From the IMG/VR virus record IMGVR_UViG_3300031992_000030: a stretch of DNA of 64,000 nt; one strand, 5' to 3'. Of the stretch, positions 30,752-40,429 are shown one piece after another. Within the stretch, counting starts at the first letter, position 1; each line of letters opens with the position of its first letter. The DNA is from a virus. Taxonomy: Duplodnaviria > Caudoviricetes. Made by a program: the position numbers and the translations under genes. The notes under the pieces were generated by a model, which worked only from the letters and a program-made list of their open reading frames with translations, ran no database searches and was not told where the DNA came from.

Positions 30752-31258
30752 TTACTCCTTGTCTAAAAAACTAAACAATTTTCTTTTTTTCTTTGTTGGT
30801 CTTTCTGGACTTTTTATATGAACTATACGTTGTTGTATCTTAAAATCTTCAACTGATTTATCTTTATTCTTTTGATTTGCTTCCCAAATGGAATAATAAT
30901 AATTATAAGCATCTTTATAAATATAAGGTACTATTCCAATACCATTATTAGATTTATCAATAGAATTGCCTTTTACTTCATAAAAATACACCAACGCCTT
31001 ATGAATACCAGAATAAGTATAATGATATTCTTCAACATATTGCTTAATCTGTTTTTGTATTCTTGGTGTTACATAATCGAGTTTGAACAATGTTATTATG
31101 TATTTATCAAGTGCGGTCTTGTCGTTTTCCTCCTTTTGCTCAGCCGCTGTTCTCTTTTCATAGCACTCTTTATGAGAATATCTATTGCCCTCTTTGACAC
31201 ACGGAACAATATCGCGGTCAAAAAACTGATTACAGCACTTACATTTAACTTTGTGCAT
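30752..31258 (-). CDS. Zn-finger protein upstream of dnaB (possible loader/initiator)
   Basis: CKCC...HKEC; first gene of the dnaB-dnaG-recJ operon. The function is inferred from position only. Confidence 0.5.
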   Translation of the reverse strand: MHKVKCKCCNQFFDRDIVPCVKEGNRYSHKECYEKRTAAEQKEENDKTALDKYIITLFKLDYVTPRIQKQIKQYVEEYHYTYSGIHKALVYFYEVKGNSIDKSNNGIGIVPYIYKDAYNYYYSIWEANQKNKDKSVEDFKIQQRIVHIKSPERPTKKKRKLFSFLDKE

Positions 31259-31294
31259 TAACAGATTTCTCCTTTTAAAATATTATACAATAAT

Positions 31295-31323
31295 ATTATA
31301 ACATTTTTTATTAAAAAAGCCAA
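31295..31323 (-). promoter_or_regulatory. sigmaA-type promoter overlapping a terminator
   Basis: TTGGCT-17-TATAAT with extended TG. Confidence 0.6.
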
Positions 31324-31347
31324 CCCGATATTGAATCGGGTCGGCTT
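31313..31347 (-). terminator. Rho-independent terminator
   Basis: AAGCCAACCCGAT / ATCGGGTCGGCTT stem plus an A-run. Confidence 0.8.
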
Positions 31348-31439
31348 AACATAAAAAGGATAAGATACTTTGTTGGAGTTTACTGTTTAGATGATCTTCT
31401 AAAAGATTGGAAATTATTAAAATAAACCCGGAATAAGAG

Positions 31440-32411
31440 TTAAAGTAAAGTATCCTTAATTTCACTATTAATAACCGCAATAACTTCGGCTTGAGCAATA
31501 GTGGCATCACCAATTTTCTTACCCTTACCAAGATGCTTTTCAATAATTGCGGTAATTTTAGGCTGATAGTCCTGACTCTTGTTCATAAGAGTAGTAGCCA
31601 TTTCCTTAAATTCAGCCATAAGACTATCAAAATCATAAGTTGCAGCAATCGCAACCTTCTCCTTTTCTTCAGTAACAAACTTGTTACCAGTGTTATTAGC
31701 TTCTTCATCAATTGCCTTATTCAAAGCATCAACGAGTGCCTGATATGAGAAAGGAATTACTTTATCAATGCAAGAAAATCTTGATTTACACTCAATGGTT
31801 CCATCATCTGAACGAAGAACCAATTTTCTTTCTCCCTTATCCACATCAATATAACCTTCAATATCGACCATATTCTTAATGATTTCATTATAAACATTAG
31901 AACAAGAAGGGCCGATAGCATTATATTGAGTCTGGTCTTTATTGGTAACGGTTCTTTCCTTTGAGTGTGAAATGAAAACAACTGCATATCCTTTCATAGC
32001 AATATTACGGAAAGTTGTTTCCCACTCCTTCTTTACTTTGGCCCAACCATTCTTGGTCCAGCCGCCGTCACCAATATTCTCAATGTCAAGCTGAGAACAA
32101 ACATACTTTTCACAAAGTTGTGAAGCAATATCTACTGTATCAATAACGACACTCTTAAAGTTCTCCTTGACTTCTGGGTCATCTAACTGACGAAGAACTT
32201 GCTTCATTTCTGCCCAAGAAGTAATATCTTGAGCAATAACTCCTGGCAATGCGTTATATCCACGCTCAAATGCAAGTAAGAGTGGACTGGGCATTTGGGA
32301 GCCGAAAGTTGTCTTTCCGGCTCCACCCGGTCCGTAGATATAAGTAATATAGCCAGAAAGATCTCTACTTACCTTGTGAGGTTTTAACCCCTTAAGATTA
32401 ATAGTTGCCAT
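31440..32411 (-). CDS. AAA_24/Sak4-like ATPase (recombination)
   Basis: YGPGGAGKTT, LLAFERG, VVIDTVD and FISH; adjacent to the SSB-like gene. Confidence 0.75.
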   Translation of the reverse strand: MATINLKGLKPHKVSRDLSGYITYIYGPGGAGKTTFGSQMPSPLLLAFERGYNALPGVIAQDITSWAEMKQVLRQLDDPEVKENFKSVVIDTVDIASQLCEKYVCSQLDIENIGDGGWTKNGWAKVKKEWETTFRNIAMKGYAVVFISHSKERTVTNKDQTQYNAIGPSCSNVYNEIIKNMVDIEGYIDVDKGERKLVLRSDDGTIECKSRFSCIDKVIPFSYQALVDALNKAIDEEANNTGNKFVTEEKEKVAIAATYDFDSLMAEFKEMATTLMNKSQDYQPKITAIIEKHLGKGKKIGDATIAQAEVIAVINSEIKDTLL

Positions 32412-32431
32412 ATTATCTTATACCTCCAATA

Positions 32432-33346
32432 TTAGAAATTAAATCCGCCTGAAGTAACGGGAGCAGCAGTACTCTTGGCTGCCTTTCTCTCTTCATATCC
32501 AGCCTTGATAGTAGTGAGATAAGTCTCTCTATCTGCAAGAGCCTTTGTGAGTTCACTAGCAAGAATTGTTTCCTCTGAATCCCAAACATAAACATCCTTC
32601 TGTGCGCTATAAACAACCCACTTCTTTGTTTCTCTTGTGGTCTCAGTTACTACGTTATCACCGAAAGCAGTCTCCTCAACCTTTTCTTTCTTAACTGTCT
32701 GAGATACAACACGAACCCAAATCTTTGTGAAAACAGGGCTCTTTTTAGAAGCGTCAAGTCCCTCAAAATAAGCAATAGCATTAGGATTCTCTACTTCAAA
32801 TTCAACAGGAATGAAGTCCTTTCTGTAAGGGCCAAATACACCACCATGTATAAATGTTCTCTGAGGATAATTTTCAGTAGCCTCAAGAGTTCTCATACCA
32901 GAGATAATCATATCTATCTCAATAGTATTTCTCTTATTAACATCCTTATCAATATCAGTTACGGCGTGAACAAACTTACCCTCAATTCTCTTTGCACTTA
33001 CAAGTTCAGTCTTACCATCACGATCTGTGTAGAAGTCATTTACTCCAACTTCACCATCAATCTTAACCATTGTGTTACCACCATCCATCTGAGTAGGAAG
33101 TACACCATCAATAATCTTCTTAAGAACTGTGTAAGTTGCATTCTCCTTACCAGCCTTAGTTGTGGCTGTAAGATATGTAAAATGAACTGGTACAATGTTG
33201 TTGGTATCAGGATCAGTCAATACTCTAATTTCACCTGTAATGTACTCAGTTCCGGGATTCTTTGAATTTTCACCTGTTACCTTCGCCTGAAGCTTGTGCT
33301 CGTACAAAATACCTTCTACATGGGCTCTATTAACAATACTCTTCAT
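32432..33346 (-). CDS. Single-stranded DNA-binding protein (phage type)
   Basis: Beta-rich OB-like sequence with an aromatic C-terminal tail GGFNF; codon usage suggests high expression; lies next to the Sak4-like gene. Confidence 0.55.
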   Translation of the reverse strand: MKSIVNRAHVEGILYEHKLQAKVTGENSKNPGTEYITGEIRVLTDPDTNNIVPVHFTYLTATTKAGKENATYTVLKKIIDGVLPTQMDGGNTMVKIDGEVGVNDFYTDRDGKTELVSAKRIEGKFVHAVTDIDKDVNKRNTIEIDMIISGMRTLEATENYPQRTFIHGGVFGPYRKDFIPVEFEVENPNAIAYFEGLDASKKSPVFTKIWVRVVSQTVKKEKVEETAFGDNVVTETTRETKKWVVYSAQKDVYVWDSEETILASELTKALADRETYLTTIKAGYEERKAAKSTAAPVTSGGFNF

Positions 33347-33367
33347 AAAATTTTTCTCCTTTTTTAA

Positions 33368-33709
33368 TTAATCAATTTCAATATTTCTACCTTTTTCGGT
33401 GATACAATAAATAATTGGATCCTTACCAATCTTTTCAACAAAACCATCGTTGCACAGCTTTCGCATGGCTCCAGATACGGATCTTGATGAAATGAACATT
33501 GCTTCTGCAATATCTGATGCCTTACCCTTATCCATTGTGGTTTGCATAAATTTAAGAATAGGCTTACCATTTTCAGAAAGGATAGGCTTTTCCTTATCTT
33601 CCTGATTCTTTAAAGCGTACCAGTAATCAGCAACATCACTATCTAATTCATTACATTTTGACATCAAATTCTGTTCTACAAATTCAATAAACTTTTCTTT
33701 CTTTGACAT
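33368..33709 (-). CDS. Winged-helix DNA-binding protein
   Basis: KASDIAEAMFISSRSVSGAMRKLCNDGFVEK...YCITEKG. Confidence 0.75.
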   Translation of the reverse strand: MSKKEKFIEFVEQNLMSKCNELDSDVADYWYALKNQEDKEKPILSENGKPILKFMQTTMDKGKASDIAEAMFISSRSVSGAMRKLCNDGFVEKIGKDPIIYCITEKGRNIEID

Positions 33710-33745
33710 TTGTTAATTTCTCACTTTCTTAATTGCTATACTATT

Positions 33746-33774
33746 ATTATAACATATTTTTTTAAAATTGTCAA
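33746..33774 (-). promoter_or_regulatory. sigmaA-type promoter
   Basis: TTGACA-17-TATAAT with extended TG. Confidence 0.85.
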
Positions 33775-33775
33775 A

Positions 33776-34444
33776 TTAAACTTTTTTGTCCGCTTTGCAG
33801 GAATGAGTTTCTGGGCAACGACCTAAATACACACATTTTGGAACCATATAATTTTTTACTATATATGCCCATTCCTCTGAATACTCTGATAGAGCGTTCA
33901 TTAAATCGTGCATTAAATCTCTAAATTCCCAATAGGCTCTATTACAAAGTCTTTGATGAGACATATCAATAATATTACGCAAGTTAGTTCTGCAAACAAT
34001 TTTAGTAGTCATACCAAGAGGAAGAATATTAGCAATATCTTCTTTAGGAATACCAATGTTAATTAGTTGCTCATAGCAACCAAGGATTTCTCCCATTGTT
34101 TTTTCATATCTCCATTTTGCGTAAGCATTATCTGCAATAGAAGGAGGAGTTACAAATTTAAAATGGTCATAATCGATATAACGAGTAGAGGCTTGTAGAC
34201 GAGTAGGCCCTCCAGCGATGTGCGTATAAAATTCCCTAATTACCCTTGCGGAATAGCCATCAAGCACCATATAAACTTGAGGAAATTCAAATGTGCGGCC
34301 GTGGCCACTATTGATATTTTCTAGTCCTCGCTTGTAGTTCTTCTCGTCATTTGTTACATCAGAACCATAACAAACGCCACTTTCATATCCTATTAATGAA
34401 ATAGGATTTTTTGTGGTCATATCTTGAATAATTACTTTTCCCAT
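33776..34444 (-). CDS. thyX: Flavin-dependent thymidylate synthase
   Basis: GH..xEF, QASTRY, PKEDIANILP, NLR and RLCNRAYWEFR. Confidence 0.85.
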   Translation of the reverse strand: MGKVIIQDMTTKNPISLIGYESGVCYGSDVTNDEKNYKRGLENINSGHGRTFEFPQVYMVLDGYSARVIREFYTHIAGGPTRLQASTRYIDYDHFKFVTPPSIADNAYAKWRYEKTMGEILGCYEQLINIGIPKEDIANILPLGMTTKIVCRTNLRNIIDMSHQRLCNRAYWEFRDLMHDLMNALSEYSEEWAYIVKNYMVPKCVYLGRCPETHSCKADKKV

Positions 34445-34445
34445 T

Positions 34446-35396
34446 TTAACCTCGCTTCATATTGTAACCAAATTCCATACCTTGGTAGAAAGTGATCCAA
34501 TATTTTTCTTTTTCATTAAGTTCTGCTCTTGAACATTCTTCTATAATTTCAAAAGTAAAATTGTCTACACCTTCTTTAAGCATGGCGGGGTATAATTTAT
34601 TTTGTGTTGGTGCATCGGCTCCCATGCCCCTCTTAATGTGCTGCTTCCAGCGCTCGGCAATGTTGACCGCTTGACCAACGTAACATTTACCAGAAGTCAT
34701 ATTAGTAATTTTGTAAATTCCGGTTTTAATAGAATTGCCCACAACTCTACCAATTAAATCGGTATATGGTTTCTCATAATAAGTTTTCCATATTACTTTG
34801 TTGAGAGGTTCTGGATTACGGAAATGACTTAATAATTCCTGTAATTCTTTTATCTCCTTTTTATCTTCTTCTGATAAAACTATTCGATAAAAGTCTGCTT
34901 TATCTTTTTCTGCGGCGGCTCGCTTATTAACTTCAACTGCTGCATCTACTGCGGCCTTAGTGGTGCGGATCTTCTCCTGCAAGCCCGCAAGTTCTTCTTT
35001 TTGTTCTTCTACTTGCTTTTGGAAGTTTACTGAAAACTCCTCAAGAGTTGTCAGGTATTCTTCTTTTCCTTCTTCCTTGGCTTTTGAATATAGATTATCT
35101 AATTCCTTAACCTTAGCATCAAACTGAGCATTAGCAGTTTCTACTTTACTGTTCAAATACTTTTTAGCATAATCGTCAGCATTATTTTGTTTTTGTTGTA
35201 AAGTATCTGTTAAGTCTATCAACTTTTGGTTTAATTCATCAACATCTTTTTTTCGTTGATTATAGAGTGCTAATTCCGTGCGGTTTTGCTGTTCTATTTG
35301 TTTATCAAGTTGTTTTGTTTGTTTGAGTTTCGGAAGGAAGAATATGGCACAAAGAATAATTCCAATAACAAGTCCTAAAATTATTCCTATCCACAT
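34446..35396 (-). CDS. Membrane-anchored coiled-coil protein with a C-terminal GIY-YIG nuclease
   Basis: TM MWIGIILGLVIGIILCAIFF, a coiled coil of about 140 aa, then GIYKITNMTSGKCYVGQAVNIAERWKQH...EKYWI...GYN. Confidence 0.75.
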   Translation of the reverse strand: MWIGIILGLVIGIILCAIFFLPKLKQTKQLDKQIEQQNRTELALYNQRKKDVDELNQKLIDLTDTLQQKQNNADDYAKKYLNSKVETANAQFDAKVKELDNLYSKAKEEGKEEYLTTLEEFSVNFQKQVEEQKEELAGLQEKIRTTKAAVDAAVEVNKRAAAEKDKADFYRIVLSEEDKKEIKELQELLSHFRNPEPLNKVIWKTYYEKPYTDLIGRVVGNSIKTGIYKITNMTSGKCYVGQAVNIAERWKQHIKRGMGADAPTQNKLYPAMLKEGVDNFTFEIIEECSRAELNEKEKYWITFYQGMEFGYNMKRG

Positions 35397-35398
35397 AA

Positions 35399-35430
35399 TA
35401 AAAGAGGGGGTGAAGTGTCCCCCACCCCCT
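35399..35430 (-). terminator. Terminator
   Basis: AGGGGGTG / CACCCCCT stem with an A-run. Confidence 0.7.
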
Positions 35431-35452
35431 ATCTCCTATATCTTAATTCAGA

Positions 35453-35728
35453 TTAAGCCTCAGCAGCATCGGGATCGAAAGCCAAGCCTTCCTCAGTAAG
35501 AGAGAGGAACTTAACCTCGCTAGTAGAACCATCCTCATTCTGGACAGTAGCAGGTGTACGAACACCATAACCCTTTCTCTGAATAGCAGAAGTAAAAGCA
35601 CCATCAACTGTCTTCTTAGGAAGGTCAAGTGCATTAGCTACATCTGCAGCAGTTACCTTCTCACCATTGATTTCCTTGAGGTAGTTAAAAATCTTCTTTG
35701 AGTTCTCTGACATTGCCATAATTTTCAT
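35453..35728 (-). CDS. Small winged-helix DNA-binding protein
   Basis: TAADVANALDLPKKTVDGAFTSAIQRKG...LSLTEEG; monocistronic, with its own promoter and terminator. Confidence 0.7.
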   Translation of the reverse strand: MKIMAMSENSKKIFNYLKEINGEKVTAADVANALDLPKKTVDGAFTSAIQRKGYGVRTPATVQNEDGSTSEVKFLSLTEEGLAFDPDAAEA

Positions 35729-35779
35729 TTCTCCTTTAAATAAATTTAATTTTTCTTAAGCCTTAATGCTTATGTAAAT

Positions 35780-35808
35780 ATTATATCAAAAAATTTTTTA
35801 TAAACCAA
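35780..35808 (-). promoter_or_regulatory. sigmaA-type promoter
   Basis: TTGGTT-17-TATAAT with extended TG. Confidence 0.55.
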
Positions 35809-36007
35809 GTTTTTTCTTTTTGTCTTGAACATACACAAGTGTAAGTTCTTGTATATCATCCAAGTCTGTAAATGAGTCAATCTTATTGGTAAGATTTATA
35901 ACCTTATCTTTTGCTTGTCTCACCTCTTCGGAATTAGAACTGGTCATAATGATGATTTCGGCATCTGCGATTTGAGTAGCCATTCTAATCTTCTCTTTTT
36001 TAGTCAT
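35798..36007 (-). CDS. Hypothetical protein
   Basis: 69-aa ORF with AAGGA RBS. Confidence 0.6.
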   Translation of the reverse strand: MTKKEKIRMATQIADAEIIIMTSSNSEEVRQAKDKVINLTNKIDSFTDLDDIQELTLVYVQDKKKKLGL

Positions 36008-36041
36008 AAAAAGTTTCTTTCCTTATAATATTTATAAGATA

Positions 36042-36070
36042 ATTATAACACTTTTTTATTTTTATCCCAA
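36042..36070 (-). promoter_or_regulatory. sigmaA-type promoter
   Basis: TTGGGA-17-TATAAT with extended TG. Confidence 0.5.
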
Positions 36071-38002
36071 AAATTTGTTGATGAATTCTTCTTCAGTTAG
36101 AACGGGTATTCCTAACTTTTGAGCAGCTAAGTTTTTACTCGAAGTGGAAGTGTTATCATTGTTAATTAAATAATTAGTTTTTGCACTAACTGATGAAACC
36201 ACTTTGCCCCCAGCTGCTTCGATCTCGGTCTGCAAGGCCGCACGATTCTTATAATGTATTAGTTTACCCGTAATACATACACTTACTCCAGCAAGAGAAT
36301 CGTTGGTTGTCTCCTTTATCTCTACTTTTGGTATAGATAAATACTTGTAAACTTCATCGGCTTCTGTGTAATCAAAATTCCATAAAGCCTCAGTTTTACT
36401 TTCTGCAAAACCTTCGTAAATAGAAAAGTCAAATCGAGAATTAATAGCATTTCTAAATTCCTCATAAGTGGGATAATACTTTACGATTTCTTTAGAAACT
36501 CCATTTCCGATTAAAGGAATTCCAAGAGAGCAAATAAATTTCTCAAGTGTTGTTGTGCGGGCTGCCTCAATGGCGTTTAAAATCTTGTCGACAGACGTTG
36601 GTCCAAACCCGGGAAGTTTTATCCACTGAGAACGATATTGATTTAATTCAAAAATCGAACTCAAAGATTTAACCCAATCATTATCTATCAATTTTTCCAA
36701 AGTCGCAACTGACAGGCCTTTAATGTCTAAACCCTTCTTGCCCACAAAATGGTCTAATCTGTTAATTAGTTTAAATGGGCAAGCGGGATTAGTACACACA
36801 AGAGTAACTGTACCACTCTCTGACTTTACTAACTCTGTTTCTCCACCACAATTACATTTCTTAGGTAAAGTTATCAGCTTGTCCCCGTCATAATTGTCGC
36901 ATTTATCTGCATTCTCGATATAAGGAATTATCTGATTTCTTTTGGATACACAAACTCGTTGACCTTGATAAGGGGTCGCACCCAAAGTATCATATAATGT
37001 ACTTATATTGGATAGTGAAGCTCTGTTAATTGAAGTACCATCGATGTCGATAGGTTCAAATACAGCGACTGGAGTTAGAACGCCACGTCTACTGGTATCA
37101 TAGGTGATACCAAGCAAATAAGATTCATAACTTTCATCATAAAACTTATAAGCAATAGCGTTTTTAAAGTGATGCTCTGTGCTACCAAGTGATTTTCCAT
37201 ATTCAATATCATCAAATTTAAATACTATTCCATCAATAGGATAGTAAAAATTCTCTGCTATTGATTTAAGAAATTCAATCTTATCTTCTGTTGACATAAA
37301 ACTGTCTTTGATATGAGGGACAACTCTGAAACCAAGTCTCCAAAGTGACTTTAAGTTTTCAATAAAGCTGTTTTTACCATTGTCTGGCCCCTTAATCATG
37401 TCCCAGGCCACGAAAGATAACCCCCTGGCCGCACACTCTTCGGATTTAAGTAATCTAATAGAACCCGACGCGAAATTGCGAGGGTTCTTATATTCTTCAC
37501 TCCATTTCTCAAAGTTCTTATAAGTGCAGATAATTTCTCCATCTACAATAAGTTCTTCTTTGTAAGAAATAGTTTGAGGGATATTACTGATTACTTTGGC
37601 ATTATGAAGAACATCTTCTCCAATAACACCATTTCCACGAGTTTCAGCACTTACTAATGAACCATTCAAATATCTTAATGAACAAGTTAAACCATCCATT
37701 TTACACATGGCGGTATATTCTTGCCCATGCAAAAACTGGTCAACTTCCTCCACACTTTTGGTTTTATCCAAAGAAAGCATAAGATGATTATGTTCCACCT
37801 TCTGCAGACCATTTTCCCTTGCCTCGTATGAAATACTCTGTGTCGGAGAATCAGGGTAGATAATGCCAGTATCCTCTTCCAGTTTAACCAGTTCAAAATA
37901 CTTATTATCCCACTCTTGGTCTGAAATTGTAGGACATCCTTCATCATACAACTTTGTGTGTGAATTAAGAAAGTCAATCAGTTCTCGAATTCTTTCGTTC
38001 AT
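36062..38002 (-). CDS. ligA: NAD-dependent DNA ligase
   Basis: ISDQEWD, MLSLDK, KMDG, TRGNG..GEDV, NPRNFASGS, DGIVFK, AIAYKF, Zn finger, HhH, BRCT. Confidence 0.95.
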   Translation of the reverse strand: MNERIRELIDFLNSHTKLYDEGCPTISDQEWDNKYFELVKLEEDTGIIYPDSPTQSISYEARENGLQKVEHNHLMLSLDKTKSVEEVDQFLHGQEYTAMCKMDGLTCSLRYLNGSLVSAETRGNGVIGEDVLHNAKVISNIPQTISYKEELIVDGEIICTYKNFEKWSEEYKNPRNFASGSIRLLKSEECAARGLSFVAWDMIKGPDNGKNSFIENLKSLWRLGFRVVPHIKDSFMSTEDKIEFLKSIAENFYYPIDGIVFKFDDIEYGKSLGSTEHHFKNAIAYKFYDESYESYLLGITYDTSRRGVLTPVAVFEPIDIDGTSINRASLSNISTLYDTLGATPYQGQRVCVSKRNQIIPYIENADKCDNYDGDKLITLPKKCNCGGETELVKSESGTVTLVCTNPACPFKLINRLDHFVGKKGLDIKGLSVATLEKLIDNDWVKSLSSIFELNQYRSQWIKLPGFGPTSVDKILNAIEAARTTTLEKFICSLGIPLIGNGVSKEIVKYYPTYEEFRNAINSRFDFSIYEGFAESKTEALWNFDYTEADEVYKYLSIPKVEIKETTNDSLAGVSVCITGKLIHYKNRAALQTEIEAAGGKVVSSVSAKTNYLINNDNTSTSSKNLAAQKLGIPVLTEEEFINKFLG

Positions 38003-38035
38003 TAGTAATTTTCCTTTTCACTTTTCTATATATAT

Positions 38036-38064
38036 ATTATATCAAAAAAAATAAGAAAAGTCAA
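38036..38064 (-). promoter_or_regulatory. sigmaA-type promoter of ligA
   Basis: TTGACT-17-TATAAT with extended TG. Confidence 0.75.
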
Positions 38065-38091
38065 CTAAGATTTTTTGACTTAGTTGACTTT
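38057..38091 (-). terminator. Terminator after gyrA, overlapping the ligA -35 element
   Basis: 13-bp inverted repeat AAAGTCAACTAAG / CTTAGTTGACTTT. Confidence 0.7.
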
Positions 38092-38096
38092 GTATC

Positions 38097-40418
38097 TTAT
38101 GTTTTAGATATCGAATTAATATCGCCCTTAATAAGTGCATTACCAACAGAGGTTCTACTTAAAAGAGGAATTTCTTTGGCAGAGATACATATGGAGTTAT
38201 TCGTACCTATAATGAGAACTGAGTCTTCATCTGAGATTAAGGCACCCCCCGCAATCTCTGTCTTTGTTAACTTTATACCCTTGCCACCACGTTTCTGTGT
38301 AACAAGTTCAGTTAACTTAATTTTCTTACCGGTACCATTTGTATTAAACAAACCAAGAGTGTCATTAGTATCTCTAATAGGAAGAGCAGATACTACATAA
38401 TCTTCTGGATTTAAGTTGATACCCTTTACACCCGCGGCTGATCTGCCGGTAGGAGTTATATCTGTACTCTTAAACTTAATGCCCATACCATTTCTGGTTA
38501 TGATTACTATATCTTCGTCTGAAAGAAGACTTACAGATACAAGATGGTCTCCTTCTGCAAGGTTAATTGCGGCGAGGCCTGTTTTCTTTCTTGTTTTAGT
38601 AAATTCTTCCAACTTTGTTTTCTTAACGACACCATTTTGAGTTACAAACAGTACATATTTTGCTTCTGTACCATGAACTATTGAATAAATCAAACTTGGC
38701 TCTTCACCCTGTTCCATCTCGACTAAAGCATGAACAGAAGTACCAACAGATGTATTAGTTCCTATAGGGATGTTATCTACAAGAATCCTATACATCTTTC
38801 CCTTATTTGTAAATATCATAAGAGAATCAATAGTATTTGTTCTAATGGTTGCAACTGTAATATCACCTGTTGTCTTAACTCCCTTGCCATTTTTACGTTG
38901 TGTGCGGAAGCTCGTCGCTGGGATCCTCTTGATCAGGCCAGATTCGGTCATTGTTACGATGCACTTTTCCGGTTCAACATAAACAATTTCCTTCTCTTCC
39001 TTTGTTGGAGTATCCAATTGAAGTAATTCTGTTCTTCTATCGTCTCCATACTTTTCAACGATTTTGTGAAGTCTTTCCTTAATAATGTCTTTAACTCTTT
39101 CAACATCAGAAAGAATAGCCTTCATGTCGGCTATCTTTTCAATCAACTCCTTCTTCTCTTGCTCAAGTTCAATCTTCTCCAACTTAGCAAGACTTGACAA
39201 TCTCATAGCGAGAATAGCTTTCGCCTGTACGTCATCCAGACCATACTTTGCACAGAGGGCACTGGCCGCACAGGTGCTATTTTCAGATTTCTTAATTAAC
39301 TGAATAACATTATCAATATCTTCAAGAGCAATTAACAAACCTTCAACAATATGAAGTCTTGCTTCGGCTGCATCCAAATCAAATTGAATTTCTTTTCTAA
39401 TGCACTCAATATTATGCTCAACATATGTCTTACAACAATCCTTAAGACTCATTAAAGTAGGAACCTTGTTTACTAATGCCACTTGGTTATAAGCATATGA
39501 CTTCTGTAAATCAGTCTTTGCGAATAACTTTCTCATTACTACTTCTGGGTTGGTGTCTTTGTTACATTTAATTAAAATCTTAACACCCTTATTATTAGTC
39601 TGGTCTAATACCTCACTAATTCCCATGTTATCAGTTTCAGTAACACTATCAATATCATCAAGAATTTTCTCAATAGTGGTTTCATAAGGAATTTCAGTTA
39701 TAGTAATAATCTGTCCCTTAACTGAATATTTTGCTCTTACTTTTACTGAACCCTTACCCGACTTCATAATATTAGCAAAGTCATTCTTATTTATAACTAC
39801 TCCACCTGTTGGGAAATCAGGACCGGGAAGTGTAGGTTCCTCGCCATCCATATATGCTAAAATTGCTTTTTCAACTTCTCTTAAGTTATGACAACCCCAC
39901 TTACAGGCCATTGCGACTCCAATTCCTGCATTTGGGTTACATAACAAATTGGGGAAAATAGCCGGAAGAATAGTAGGCTCTTCATCAGCATCATCATAAG
40001 TTGGCATAAAAGGAACATTATTCTTTTTAATTCCAGCTAACATTCCTTCTTCACTTAACTTGGCGAGACGTCCTTCTGTATATCTATGTGCGGCTGGGCC
40101 ATCTCCATTAATTGAACCTTGGTTACCATGGAAATCAATCAATGGATATCTCATTACCCAATCCTGAGATAAACGAACAAGTGCTTCATAAATTGAACTA
40201 TCTCCGTGAGGGTGAAATGAACCCATTACATCTCCGACAATTCTTGCATTTTTTACATAAGGCTTATTAGATGTTCTACCATTTGCATAAGCACCATATA
40301 AAATTCGTCTTGCAACTGGTTTCAAACCTGTTACGTCTGGAATAGCACGATCCATATTTACCGCAGCAGCATAGTCTATAAAGTTTTGTGACATTTCATG
40401 TGTTAAATCTAAACTCAT
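38097..40418 (-). CDS. gyrA: Type IIA topoisomerase subunit A (gyrase-like)
   Basis: RAIPD..GLKPVARR, HPHGDSS, AAHRYTE, GPDFPTGG; beta-pinwheel CTD with QRKNGKG and QKRGGKG. Confidence 0.9.
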   Translation of the reverse strand: MSLDLTHEMSQNFIDYAAAVNMDRAIPDVTGLKPVARRILYGAYANGRTSNKPYVKNARIVGDVMGSFHPHGDSSIYEALVRLSQDWVMRYPLIDFHGNQGSINGDGPAAHRYTEGRLAKLSEEGMLAGIKKNNVPFMPTYDDADEEPTILPAIFPNLLCNPNAGIGVAMACKWGCHNLREVEKAILAYMDGEEPTLPGPDFPTGGVVINKNDFANIMKSGKGSVKVRAKYSVKGQIITITEIPYETTIEKILDDIDSVTETDNMGISEVLDQTNNKGVKILIKCNKDTNPEVVMRKLFAKTDLQKSYAYNQVALVNKVPTLMSLKDCCKTYVEHNIECIRKEIQFDLDAAEARLHIVEGLLIALEDIDNVIQLIKKSENSTCAASALCAKYGLDDVQAKAILAMRLSSLAKLEKIELEQEKKELIEKIADMKAILSDVERVKDIIKERLHKIVEKYGDDRRTELLQLDTPTKEEKEIVYVEPEKCIVTMTESGLIKRIPATSFRTQRKNGKGVKTTGDITVATIRTNTIDSLMIFTNKGKMYRILVDNIPIGTNTSVGTSVHALVEMEQGEEPSLIYSIVHGTEAKYVLFVTQNGVVKKTKLEEFTKTRKKTGLAAINLAEGDHLVSVSLLSDEDIVIITRNGMGIKFKSTDITPTGRSAAGVKGINLNPEDYVVSALPIRDTNDTLGLFNTNGTGKKIKLTELVTQKRGGKGIKLTKTEIAGGALISDEDSVLIIGTNNSICISAKEIPLLSRTSVGNALIKGDINSISKT

Positions 40419-40429
40419 TCTTTTCTCCT

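Noticed and set aside
31348-31439. Possible ncRNA in the untranslated gap of about 90 nt before the terminator
   Set aside because: No convincing structure or known RNA motif; probably a 3' UTR.
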